A stretch of 64,000 bases of DNA, taken from contig OZ038378.1 in the NCBI GenBank assembly GCA_964036045.1, positions 5,828,001 through 5,892,000 of the forward strand, written 5' to 3'. This document shows positions 36,370 to 48,776 of this stretch, piece after piece. Each line of letters starts with the position of its first letter. Within the stretch, counting starts at the first letter, position 1. Made by a program: the position numbers and the translations under genes. Below the pieces are notes generated by a model. The model ran no database searches. It had not been told where the DNA came from and was given only the letters and a program-made list of their open reading frames with translations. The DNA is from Eutreptiella sp. 'Long Island Sound 2002'. Lineage: Eukaryota; Protista; Euglenida.

Positions 36370-38660
36370 GGCATAAATTCCCAAGAAATGGTGTAAATTC
36401 AGAAAAAGGTCGGTGTCACTCAACAGCTCAACCAATCCCTCAGACTCAAAACACAACACATTAGCGTTTTGAAGATTTGTCGCTTCGGCCTTGTGACCCG
36501 AAGTGGCGTTTTCCCACCCTTTCCATGATTGGTTTGGTGTTTGGATTAAAAAGGAATGTGTGTATACATACTTGTATATACCAGCAGTCCGGGTTTTTTT
36601 TCGGTGGGTTTGCCCATGGACTGCTGGGGGGGGGGGGGTTATGGGGTTTGGGGAATGCACCATGGACCGGGGCTGTGGTCAAACTTTTGTGCCTCTCTAA
36701 AAAAAACACTGCCCACTGATTTTTTTGTGCATTCAAAAAAAGGGAAGGGGCTAAAGGTTGTTGGGTTAGCGTTTGGAAAGGAGGATGGGTACTTGGCGGC
36801 TGATTGACCCTGAAGTCTTTTTGAATTTTTTTTTACTCCTTCGTGTTCGGCTGCTTTTTTTGGGGGGGAGGGCTTCATACATTGGCGGATTTTTTTTTGC
36901 TGAACTACCCCATTGGGTCAACCAATTGGTCCGGACAAAGGGTTTTTTTTTGGACCTTGTGTGGTTTTTTTGTATCTTTTGTGGGGGGTTCCTTCGCTCT
37001 TCGCTCTTTATAACGCTTTTTTTTTACCGCATTGTCCCTCTTTTAGCGCCGTACAAGTACAAGGGGGTTGGGCTGGGGGACACGCGCCGGTGAGGAGTTG
37101 TAGGATGCAGCCAAATGTTGCAAGCCGTCGCTGAGCGCATCCAAAAACGCATGCACCTCCTTCAAGGCATCCTGGAACGCCAAATCTTGCCGATGGCACT
37201 TGGTATGCATGGCTACGAAGTAAGCATGCCCCATTACTTAGTGCCGCAGCTCGGGACGGAGGACCACACCGGCGTTGGTTCCCACCATAATATTTGCACC
37301 ATCGGTGCAAAGCCAAACCAGGCGGCACACCCAAACCTCCAAGGGAAGAGCGGCTTGCTCAAACGCCGCCTTGTAGGCCCTCAAGATTGACCCCGCCCCC
37401 CCTTCCATTGCTTGTAGCAAAAAAAAAAAGTGCATCACTACCTGATCGGGGAGGGTGCATCGAGCATACAACATCTCCTCCTTCTTTTGTACACCGATCG
37501 GTGCAAGAGTCGGAGGTGAGAGCAAAAAAGGGGGCTTAGGAGAACGGTTTGGCCTCCTCCATGCACACATCAACAGGAACATGCTCCAAAATACCAATTA
37601 CGGACATAGGGCGGCGATATGTGTTGATGATGCTTACACCATTCAACGCAGTAGCTTCAACATCACCAGCCACATCGCGAAGCATACCGCGCTGTGAAAC
37701 GGCGCAGTATACCAAACGAAAGAGCGCCCTGATAGCCTACCTCGTGTGAAGCGGTAGAGTGTGAGTCGCGTTCTTGACCTCACCACCCGATTCCTAGAGA
37801 GCCATAGAGACAGCATGTGTCCCAGCTTGTTGATGTTTGTGAACCTTGGACCACGCTCTTAATTCCTAAAATCCACTCAGGCTGCCCTCCAAGCTGGGTG
37901 TGGGCATGGCATGCTTCACAATGCATCAATCCATGTTCGTACTTAAGCCAAGGGCGGCGAGACTGCCATGAAGTGTGGAATACATGAAAATTTGGACGAG
38001 GGGGGGGTAGGTTAAGGAGCGGACATAGCAGAATGGGGTCATGCACCATCATTAATGCACGTGGGATGCACATAGCATTTGCATCGCATGCGCTCTTGAG
38101 TGTTAGTGTCACCTAGAGGCTTTGCACACCCCTGACAAGCACATGCAAAACACCAACGGTTAACCTCCTCACCCTCCTCCACCCATCCGGCAATCACGAT
38201 AACGAAGCATTGCTCATGGACCCTCCGTCCACAATGTGAGCATGTAGTGCAACCCCGCATAACCAACCGCGGCAGCTCGAACAATACGATGAACTCACCA
38301 CTTGAATGTAGGAGGCGACCGACGGTGTGGGACGTGGTCAGCGCGGGCTTGGGCGGTGGTTTTGCGGCCGCGGCACTGGTGGGGGTTGAAACGAGAACTC
38401 AAAACCATTGCGAGGTTTTGAATTCTTGGCCGCACACTCAATCTGCACTTGCTGCATACTTGAGGGGGCACCTTCGACTTTCACGTAGTGGAGCGCGGCT
38501 GCGGTTGTAGCAAATTCTTTCCACACCGCATCACCGCCTTGCTTCCGTACCCACATTATATGACAAAGGTGACACCAAGAAGAGGAAGGGGGAGCCTCCG
38601 CGTCGCGTGCTACTTTTCCAACAGATTTACCCAAAAAGGGCCGGGTTCTACACACATCCC
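36370..38660 (-). mobile_element. Decayed hAT (ZNF862-like) transposase with TTF-type Zn finger and upstream PHD-like fingers, interrupted at ~36510-37080
   Basis: SWQSRRPWLKYEHGLMHCEAC; FFALTSDSCTD; LCTDGANIMVGTNAGV; HTKCHRQDLAFQDA; GLVELLSDTDLFLNLHHFL; CSHCGRRVHEQC...CQGC...CKCYVHPTC. Several frameshifts and stops. Confidence 0.85.
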
Positions 38661-39949
38661 AAACTGCCCCTTAACGAGAGATAACACTTGGGTACCAAAC
38701 CTCCCCTTACATTGCACAAGCACAAGGGCACCTCCACATATTCATCTGCTGAGTTTCATCAATGGGGTGTGAGAGGGGGTGTGGGTGTGGGAATCCTTGT
38801 CCTCAACAACGGTTGAGGGAGGATAAATGGGGGTAACACGCACTATGTAACCACCGGTGTCCGCCCATGCAAGCACCAACCTCGAGCCGGGCTAGCTCTC
38901 AAGGGTGGGATCTTCAGCATGCAACAAACGACATTTGCACAGCGCCTCGTCTTGCGGAATGTGGCGCTCACAAAATGGACGGTTTGATGAAAGCGGCTAA
39001 ACCTCCGCGGCGCGTGCGCTAGCGGTGCATCGGGTACTCCGCAGAATTTACATCTTTTACAGATAACAATGGACACAATTCTAGGCCAGGAAATATCTGT
39101 AACTGTAGGCAATAGCAAGCAAAGTATGTGAATTCCCTAATTTACACCAAATTTACAAAACTTTACAGTAATTTACGCCACTTTTGGAGGAATTTACAAA
39201 AAGTTACGTAATGTACAACGTAAATTGGCTCCAGCAACCGACACTGCACCCAAATAGAAATGGCTTGCACCGCTTCCCACAATTTGGGTGGGGGGCACCG
39301 TCGCAACAAATGGTGGTGCCTGCAACAAATGCAGGAACCACCCCGGCCGGCGGGTATGGCCATACCACTCGCATATGAACATGCAAGGGGCAACGCAGCA
39401 CTAGGGTGGCCTTGGGAGTGGGGACCTCCCATGAGGGCGAGGCCATGACCCTACTGCTGTGTGCCTAGTAGCGAGCACCACAAAATGGCGTGTATCGAGT
39501 GGTGGTAGACCCGGAGTCCGCTGCAGTCCAGTGCACTTACCAAGAGTGTGGACGATGAAGAGACATCATACACAATCAACTCCCCCCCGAATTGAATCAA
39601 CACCGTCAAAGTACAGGTCGATGCTGCAGCCAAGGAGGCGCTTACGCCTTCTTGCCCTTGGTGAAATTGCGGGGCCACTACCAGCTGGCCCCCATGGACC
39701 TGCAGGAGCGGCTGCGGGAATAGGGAGCAATCAACGCTCGGGTGCAAGTACGAGCACGTGTGGTGGGGACGCAACTACGGGCCAGGCCTCGGCTTGCCCC
39801 TAGATAGGTTTACCAGCGACCCATAGCGGCACTTGGTGGCCCACTGAATGCACAACCTCCCGACCATGGCGGTGTTAGAGGAGCACTCCAAACACAAGAG
39901 TGTGTGACTGTGCACGTAGAGGGATTGTATGCCCTATGCGTGCCCTACG

Positions 39950-40100
39950 CATCGATGATTGACGACCCGCACACCGCCCTGATCATACTCCAACTCCACA
40001 TGCCCATCGTGCAAAAGGCCAACCACATTTGCGGGCACCCGAAGCCCCGTAGACCTAGTGTAGAACACCCCGTCTCCAATGCTCAACTCCATAACAAATA
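39950..40100 (-). pseudogene. Short beta-rich (SH3/Tudor-like) coding fragment
   Basis: MELSIGDGVFYTRSTGLRVPANVVGLLHDGHVELEYDQGG; the fold guess is from pattern only. Confidence 0.3.
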
Positions 40101-41339
40101 GCAAAAGAGGTCCGAAGACACAAGGGGCAAAAGCTGATGCTCCATAGCACATACACTGAATGTATCACCATGTACCCATGTACCCAGCTGAGCGTGCCTA
40201 TTTCACAAATCACATAGATGCAACTTGTAGCCCTGCCCACATCACATTGGGCGAACTGGGATATCCCCAACTGCAAAGGCGCAAGTCCATGAGGAGAAAT
40301 CATCCCAAATCACCCCATTCCACCCACGCACCCACTCACCTATCTAAGAGGTAGGATCCACCCCCAAAACAAGGGTAGGAATCAAAAGTAGCCCAAAAAG
40401 TTGCCTTGCACGCACCCTGCGCACTAACGCTCCCTCACAATGCTTGCTGTGCGGCGGCATACCGGTAACGGCCCAGCATGCAACTCAAAGTCGGGGGAAG
40501 GGCACCGACCCAAGGGTTCAAAAAAGGACTGTTAAACATTTCTTGTAGCATATACATCACTATAATGAAAGACCTAGTCTTTGGTGAGGAATTTGACTAT
40601 TGTGTGGGTGAGTGGGTCAACAACGCAGTGAGTGTACATAAGAAATGAAAGTCACACACATAGGATTATACTTACAGTGGCTGCATAGACATGAGTCTAA
40701 AGTGTATCACCCTGCCCCCATCCAAATATTTGAGCCATTTGTATTGAAAAAAATTCGCACTTCAAGGGTTGGCAAGCATCCTTCCTTGCCTAGTCCCACC
40801 CTTGTGGACTTCTGTCCTCACCCAGTGTGTGTGTTGGTTAGTTCGCTGGTTGGTTAGTACGCAGGTGGGATTAGGGTTTGAGCAAATGTACAGCCGTATG
40901 TGGTCACCTAACCCCTCTTGCGTTAGTTGTACAACCGTACAATACCTTCACAGAACTCCGGCCGCAATATGGTGCTCCAAGACCCATGACAAATAACCCT
41001 ACCCCCCCTTGAAATCTCACCCCTTTTGTTGGGCTGGTTCCCCCCCTTGGGGGGGGCGGGGGTGCACCACAAATCTGGACCATAGTATCATAGTGTAAAT
41101 CGGCTTCGGCGTCTTGTAAAAGTTTTCTTTGGCGCCTTTGGCGCCTAGTATTTCGTATGCTTTCTGGGCCAAGCTGACGGATACAGTTCTGCACACCCCA
41201 TTCTCCCAAGCTATGCAGCGACATGTGTGCACAACAACTCTGACCCGAAGCAAGGCGAACGGATGTGAGCGCAAGGCCGCCGCACTAGAAATTGCTCTTG
41301 AAAAGAGCCCGCAGAATGAGGCCAGTAGATGAAATACTA

Positions 41340-42930
41340 GCTGGGACTGGTTGCTGTTCTCCCTGCCCTGATGGACGCCTGGATTGAGCAGGCCCGTGCG
41401 TGTAGGGAAGCCATTTTGCCTAAATTCACCGGGACGTTGAAACGTGGCAACATCCTAGAAGGACCAGTCTGAGAGCGCGTTACCATTTCCCCCGTACGGG
41501 GCAAAAGGGCAGACAGTTGCTGGGGACAGGTCGGGCCCAAGGACTAGAGGGACGTGCGGGCGGGAAAGTGAATAGCTGAAGGCAGGGGAGTAATGCAACT
41601 GAAGCCTTAGCACACAACTATAGGGTCAGCAAAGACCGTGCCGTGCACATAAATAGCTGTACAAACGAGGTGCTGCTCCTCCATGGGAAAGGAAAGGAAA
41701 AATGCAGGGTAAGCGCCGTCAACGGCAGGACCTATTTGAAAGAGCGGCCCCTGTGGACATCACACAATTGTTGACACCATAACAGCCAGTGCAAGCCACG
41801 GGACAGCACGGTATAGCATCAGGGGTGAAATGGAGCAGCGGCGCATCTCGGGAAGCGAAGCACGCAGAGACCAAGCCAGGGGCTCCAGGCTTTGGATGCA
41901 AGCAAAGGGTTTTTCACAGCCTTGCCTGGAAACAATGCGAGAGTCTACTTCTCTGACTGCATGACCTCGTGATGGGAAACTGCTCCGTCTGGACATGGGG
42001 TCCGCAGGATTTATTGCAGAGGCGACACAGAAGAGCACCACCTTCAAGCCGCTCCACAAGCGCAACCAGAAGATACGCCCGAGAATCCTATTCTGAACAG
42101 CACAATTTGTGGTCGCCCCCTGCTACAGGACCTGTTGTCTCGCTGTATCACTGTCACTACCAATGCAGACCGTGCCAATTCCCTCGCAAGCTGCAATCTT
42201 AGCAGCTGTATATATGGCGTACAATTCGGCTTGGGGCATGGGCGTTATCCATGTAGGGCAGCGCCAGTTGCGGTAGCAACCCTTACGCCCCACAATACCG
42301 ATGGAAACCGCCCACTGCTCACCACTGGGGGCGCCGCGTGAGGGGGGTGTGTGAAATGTTGAGGACCTACGGAAAATAGGAGGGCTGTTCTTATACTTCT
42401 GATTAGCCCCCTGGTGAACCGGCCGGTACCATCGTACATGGCCCTATAGGCGCCAGCTAGAAAGCAAGAGACTTAGGCACGGTGAGCCAGCCATTGGATC
42501 CGCCTCAATAGTCTGGATCAATGTGCTGCCGACATTTTTCCCGCTCCCACTCCTCGAAGCCACATTCTGAACGCGCCAGCCAGCACGGAAGGTTGGTTTG
42601 TAATTGTCTTTCGGAGTGTATTTAGTAATTTACCCACGAACAGGGTTTTTTTTGTCGGGCGCAGCTCGCTTTTCCTGCCGATGATAAAACCTGCCCGCTT
42701 CAGTTCCCTGACCACCGCCCACCTTCCTTGCTTTAGAATGCGCTTGTGTCGAGTATCTAGAAGCACGTCGTCCAAATACACTTTGTGGCCGACCGGGAGC
42801 TTTGCGGGTGAGATGGCGGAAGCCACAAGGCGCCTGATTAGTGTCTGGCAAATAGCCGGAGAGTGTTTCTAGCCAAACGGCAGGCGTGTGTATTCATAAA
42901 ACTGCCCATTTCTACAACAAAGACCTTGAG
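41340..42930 (-). mobile_element. Decayed DIRS-like (tyrosine-recombinase class) retrotransposon: RT + RNase H, possible YR remnant
   Basis: YEYTRLPFG*KHSPAICQ...VYLDD...GFIIGRKSELRPTKKTLFVG; RNase H motifs QAELY, IGSDS, ASAINPADPMSR. YR motifs at 41340-41870 are not cleanly recoverable. Confidence 0.78.
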
Positions 42931-43565
42931 GTGGCTCAAGTACTACAAGAGGTGGCGGATAAATGGCTTGGGTGTGAGCCAGCTGCAGTGCTGCTCGAGC
43001 AGTGAAGCTGGGAGACCCACGCGTGAGAGGACCCACGAAGCAAAGGGCACAAGGGGGGGGTTCATAGGCTCATTTGGCAAACCACCGACCTGTCACTACT
43101 TGTGGCACTATCCGTGGCACTGGCTGAATCATCCATGCTACTGGGGAGATAAGAGGAGTCAAAATGAGAACTGGTGCACCCAATTGTTTGACATCCTAGA
43201 GAGTGTGTGCAGATCGACACTCTGGCCGGAAAAAGGGGCCTCCATAGGTATGTTGGTTTAGGCAGCTCTAGGGTTTGCCGGCTGCCTTGTTGCAAAGCAG
43301 CTCCAATCCCAACAAATGTGTCAGGGTATTATGACGAATGCAGAATATCTCGAAGTTTGCAATCCCTGCCCTGTCCAATTTTGAGGATTCAAAATGAAGA
43401 GACCATATCAGGGGTGACTGCCGCCACAGCTGTTTCTCTTTCAACCATTCGATGCAACCATTCGGTGGCCCAAGGAATGCTTTTAGCATATTTCGTGTGA
43501 TGTTGTCAAACTCTTTGTTATAATCCACCTCAGTCGGGTTGTGTGGTCCTTTCACAGTCACAAAG
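42930..43565 (-). mobile_element. C-terminal remnant of another LINE-like ORF
   Basis: A single frame with scattered stops (LWRQSPLIW...WFAK*AYEPPLVPFASWVLSRVGLP...WLTPKPFIRHLL) abutting the DIRS RT; part is duplicated at 62053-62440. Confidence 0.45.
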
Positions 43566-43584
43566 TTAAACGAACCTTTTTCTA

Positions 43585-44575
43585 TGGGCTAGGCCATGAC
43601 ACATGACGCAAAAGTGAAGCACTTCCCAAAAATGTGTCAAGAACAAGTATGGGCCGGGCCCTCATGCATGACCCAAAAAGGCGCCACTCACCGGTCTGGA
43701 CGGGCCGTCACGCATGTCCAAATACTGCATCATGCATCACGCACCGGCCTGGACGGGCCGTGACACATATCCCTAAAATGCGTCACACACCTATACGAGC
43801 CAGGCCGTGACACATGACCCCAAAAAGTGTCAGACACTAGGCTGGGCTGTGACCTGACGCATATCTCCAAAATGCGTCACGCACTGGTCTGGGCTAGGCC
43901 ATGAGCCATTTCCCAAAAATGTGTCACGCAAAAGTTTGGGCCAGACCGTGATACACGTCCAAAAATGGCATGACACACGAGTTCAGGGTGGGCCGTCACA
44001 CACTTCCGAAAAATGCCTCATGCACAAGTATGGGCCGGGCCGTTACACATGACCCAAAAATGCGGCCGGGCACCAGCATGGGCCGGGCCATCATGCAACT
44101 TCCAAAAATGTGCCATGGGCCAAGCTGCAACGGGCCATGAGGCATGACCACAAAATGTGTCACGGACAAGGCTGGGCCAGGCCATGAGGGTCACAGCTCG
44201 GCCCAGATTTGTGCGTGACGCATTTTTGGGAGATTCGTAAAAGCCCGGGCCAAACTTTTGGGTCATGCGTCACGGCCCGGCCCAGACCGGCGCATGATGC
44301 AAATATTAGACATGCGTCGGGCACCAGCATGGGCCGGGCCATCACGCAACTTCCAAAAATGTGCCATGTACCACGCCGCACCGGGCCATGAGACATGACC
44401 ACGACATGCGTCACATGCTAGGATGGGCTAAACAATGACACATTTCACAAAAATGCGCCACGGAAAAGGCTAGGCAGAGCCGTGATGCTTTTTCCAAAAA
44501 AAAGTTGAAGTCTTGGCTGGGCCGTGAGGCATGTCTAGAAATTGCACCACGCACCAGTTTGGGCTGGGCTGTGAC
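43585..44575. repeat. ~47-bp satellite, ~20 units
   Basis: GGGCCGGGCC(A/G)TGACACATGACCCAAAAATGCGTCACGCAC... with variants. Confidence 0.9.
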
Positions 44576-44609
44576 CCCACCTTTCATGGTTGACCCGCCC
44601 GCCCGGTCT

Positions 44610-46000
44610 CCCCCACCCCCTCCCCCTTCCCCACTACTACTTCTTTAGGCCTCCTACAACTCCTTCTATGCGGAGTGGGACCCCTTCGATGACCCCGAGT
44701 CCAGCCATGTTACCACACACCCTTGCTTGGGCAGGGTCTCCAGCTTTTGCGACGTCCAGGGCACCGCCATTGTGGATGCCTTGGGTATTGCATGGTGTAA
44801 TCTGCCCACTTTCAATGCCCCTGCCGTGTGGTTGCAGCTCACGGCGTGCAACGGGGCCTAACTCCACATGTCCTGCCTAGCTGCCCGGCTGCTCATTGAC
44901 GGGGAGGCTCCGGAGCTCAACGTGGCAATCTATGGGCCCGTGCAGTGCCCCGGCGCAGCCTACCCTGCCCCATCGTGTGGCTTGACCGAGCCGACAGCCT
45001 CACCACCCTCGTCTCCGTTGCCTACACGGGCTCCACGGTCGATCACTGTGTGAGGGGCATCAGGGGGGAGGCTGGGGCGGACAGTTTGCACGGCGTCACA
45101 AACGTGATGTGCGTCGAGGGCTAGCCCCACTACACCAGCACTCTCACCTCCGCACAACCGTTGCCGGAGGGGCTGCCGCTGTACAAGACGGTGTACTGCC
45201 GGCACCGGATCGTTGCTTTCACGGTGTTGAGTGCCGCCCCTAGGCTGAGGAGGTCGTGCTCCGCTTGTCCCATGCGGCCGCCCTGTTGTCGCTACCAAAG
45301 ATGTAGGTGATGTGGACCGGGTTTGACACCTTTGCCCTAGCGCTGATGGAGTAATATGTGGCGGTGGGGCTGCAGCCAGGGCACTGGGACTTGCTATCGT
45401 CGACCGTCGTGGGAAAGTGCCCAAACTACCCCCTGACGGGCGTGAGCCTTGCTGCAGGGCCCGTGTGGGTGACGGTCAAGGCGCAGTACCCATTGCTTCG
45501 CGCCGGCACGAGCAACCACCGCCTATTGATCGACACCAGCCTCCCGATATCCGGCAGTGTCCAGCACATGGTGCAGCCCCGCTTGACGTCCCCGTGCACG
45601 GGGAACATAATTGCGTTGGAGCCGCAAGGGTTCGGCTTCGAGGTCACAGGGTCGTCCATCGCCCCCTACTTTGCAGTGGGGCCGGCCGGGTAATCCACGG
45701 CGCCGGAGTGGCAGTCCATCGGTTGGTGCACGTACGAATCGTTGGAGCCCCAGCACCGGGAGCCAGGGGAGTACCGGTTGCCGGTGCCGGCGACCAAGCG
45801 CAGAGCATGTTGGACTAGGTGGTCGACTACAGTGAGCCTCACATGCCGTTGTGGTTGGTTGTCCGCGTGCCCGTGTAGTTGTAAACCAACCCAAGCCTTG
45901 ATGATCCAGTGCCCCCCCCTCTTTGACCGGCTTCCCGTGGTGCAGTCGCCGAGGCCGATGTATATAGATTGCCACGGCACTTGTCATGGGGCGAGCTAGC
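44610..46000 (+). pseudogene. Decayed extracellular Ig/FN3-like repeat protein
   Basis: LTACNGA*...LLIDGEAP; MWTGFD...VGLQPGHWDL; VKAQ...LLIDTSLP; GEYRL.V.AT, which resemble Ig-like repeat signatures (VxAxNxAG...IDxxPP, WxGFxD...GxxPGxxD). Many stops and frameshifts. Confidence 0.6.
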
Positions 46001-46697
46001 CACCAGATAGCCAAGCCTCAAATGAGCTGACCCCAACAAGGTTATACACACCCTTTTCGCATTGTCCTGGAGACTTGGTGCTAGAGATACTTATGCAACC
46101 CACTTTCATACCATTGTAATGCTACCATGGGTAGAGAGCTCTCGAAGCTCTCACTGGTAGAGGGCATCATATACAACCATACGCAGTGCTGTAAACACTC
46201 TTGGAGCAATTCAGGATGCAAGTTTGGTAATGATGGGGAGGACCAAAGGACTTTTGGGAGGTTTGGAGATGCTAGTCCTCATTGCCCAATCTGCACTGAC
46301 AAAACCCCTTAGACAATGTATGGGCAGGCGGTCCCATCACATGTTGCATTCATCTTGGTGGTGGGGCGCAATCATCATTCACACTGCATCAGTTCTTTTG
46401 TTCGATTGGGATATGCTATGAACAAATCCAGATGAGATACGGTGTATTCATCTATCACAAAAGCTACAGTCAAACTCGAAAGTGCAACCTGAAGATAAAG
46501 CTATATGTTGGCGGGAGACGCCTGCATACTACATACAGTCTGTCCTGCCAGGCCCGGTCAGCGTGATCAAGCACTCCTTTGGCTCTCGGTTGCCAGGGTT
46601 ATCCTAGTGTGTTCCTTTAGGATGTAGAGGTGGTTATACATTCTTAGCGTCATAGCCTGAGTCTTTTCCTGGGAATTGAAACTTCAGTACCTCTTGG

Positions 46698-46730
46698 TGG
46701 TGTGTGTGTGTGTGTGGTGGTGTGTGTGTG
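46698..46730. repeat. (GT)n microsatellite at the left edge of the tandem array
   Basis: Directly visible. Confidence 0.9.
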
Positions 46731-48099
46731 CGACTTGGCACAACAGCCATAACCTTAAGCAAATGAACTCTGTCACAGAAAGGAGATTGGTTTTTGGCCC
46801 AGACAAAGATGAGCTGGTGTAGCCTGCTCACCATATGGTATTCGAGATAAACCTCTTGGAATCAAGGTTCAGACCTGTCCAGTTCTACGATGATCCCACA
46901 ATGGCTGTGGTGGCGCATCTGACAGGTAGTGAGGATCAGCTGAATCTGAAACCAGGTGATGGAAGTGGGAAACTCTGTCACAGAAAGTATATTCCGCTGC
47001 TGCAAGAACATAAAACATCCATGGAACATGGAACAAACAACAGTACAGGGACATCGCACGAATGAACAAAGGAACTTTGTTCAGCAAAATTCTCTACGAT
47101 ATATAACAATCACCTCTGAATGCATAAGCCTTTTGGAAACTACTATTGTGACTCTTTGTCGAGAGCCTATGGTGTTTTGTGTACCCGACTGACAATTGGA
47201 ACAAGAAGCAACAAATATTTTTTGATGTTGACGTACACTCAAATTGCACAAAACTATCACGTTGTGGTGCTCGCTCATCCAACAATATAAAACCCAAAAG
47301 AATGACGAGATAGATGGCAAAACAGGGATTCAAAAAAGTATACACACTTACTTTTGAAGGAATCCTGTGGTGGAGTGAGGAACTTCACAGTGGCGTAGAA
47401 ACTGGTCGTGGGTGCTAACACTGACCTGTTTATCTTACTCATGGGCAAAGGTAAACTCGGTCCTTGTGCCAGCTCGCTGCCTTGGGCACCGGTGTTCCAG
47501 ACAACAATCTGCCCTCTGGCGTTTGCGTGGCACAGAATCTACCTGGGACCACGTTGTCTACCTTCCCCAACAACGATCAAACTTTTGCGGGCGGCGTGCA
47601 AAATGGGGTGGGAGAAACGTGTTTGCACGCAGGGGCAGGTTGCTGCAGCCCTGCCCTCAGACCCTCCCAAACCTCCCCTTCAGGGCTTGCATGACATGTC
47701 ACACCCACGACCCAAAGAGACCCTGGCTCCTTTCTGGGGCATATGAAGCAACGGACACTGAGCTACCGTATGCCCCCGGGTCGGCTTGAAACCAGTTCTG
47801 AATGTTGCCTTGAGTTCGCCCTGTGAGCTATGGAATGGATGGGATCTGGTCAGACGGCAAGGCCTCTTGGGAGTTCTGAATGAGCATTAGCTCTTGTCAT
47901 TGGAAACCGGTCCTCCATGATTGTCATTGTTGGGTTCACTGATCTTCGACCTCCCAATGAGAGTATCATTCAACGCCCCTGAGCCCTGTGACCGCGCGGG
48001 CACCATCCACACATCCTGCCCGCTGAGCCCTGTGACCGCGCGGGCACCATCCACACATCCTGCCCGCTGTTGGGCTAAAAGCTCGGCCAATGGTCTCTT

Positions 48100-48311
48100 C
48101 AGGGTTGGGTCTAAGGATAGTGTTGGGGTGCAAAGTGGACAAAATTTTCCTTCGGGCGCCTTTGGTGCCCATGGAGCGTCGGGCGCCTTCGGCGCCCATG
48201 GACTCCTGAGGGCGGCACCTTTGGCACCTCACTTTTGGCCGGAGGCCCCCTAGGGGGGTTGGGGGGGGGGGAAGTTGGCGTCCTAGGACCCGCGGAGTCG
48301 CCCCCCTCGTG
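48100..48311. mobile_element. 212-bp insertion with ~8-bp TSD (hAT-like), unit 1 only
   Basis: Absent from units 2-4; flanked by GGTCTCTT (48092-48099) and GGTCTCTC (48312-48319); ends CAGGG.../...CTCGTG. Confidence 0.8.
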
Positions 48312-48505
48312 GGTCTCTCCTCGGAAGCCCTCAAAATGGGGTCCCTTGCAGCGCTCCAGAGCTGGCAATAAATGGATGGTTTTGGAGTGGGGTCTTGGTA
48401 CAACCCCAATGTACGCATGGCGTGCACGCCGCATGTGCACCCTGTTTGCTACTACCGCAATGAATTGTGTCAGTGCCCAGAGCTGTGGCTCATTCCTCAT
48501 GCAAG

Positions 48506-48776
48506 CCCCCCCCCCCCCCCCCAACGCCCCGAGTCGGCAAACCTGGCGGCCAACGAGTCGGCGAGCGAGTCGGCGGCGCGTTTTACCCAACTTGGAGGGC
48601 GGGATCAAAATTCTGGAGGTTGGCACAAAGAAAAGCCTATTATGCAGCGTTAGCTGTGTAGTTATCATTCCATTTTGCATTGCATTCCTCAATCAGTGCT
48701 GCACCCAAAATTTTGGTTTTTGGCAGCTTCACCGAATTTCGCTCACTCGTTGGGCCCCTCATCGACTCGGGCGGGG
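48506..48776. mobile_element. MITE with C-run/G-run termini, present in all four units
   Basis: CCCC(AAC)GCCCCGAGTCG / CGACTCGGGCGGGG imperfect TIR, subterminal CCAACGAGT, AG on both flanks. Confidence 0.6.

Noticed and set aside
44637-46051. Minus-strand ORFs as the real gene
   Set aside because: Recognisable Ig-like repeat motifs occur only on the plus strand.
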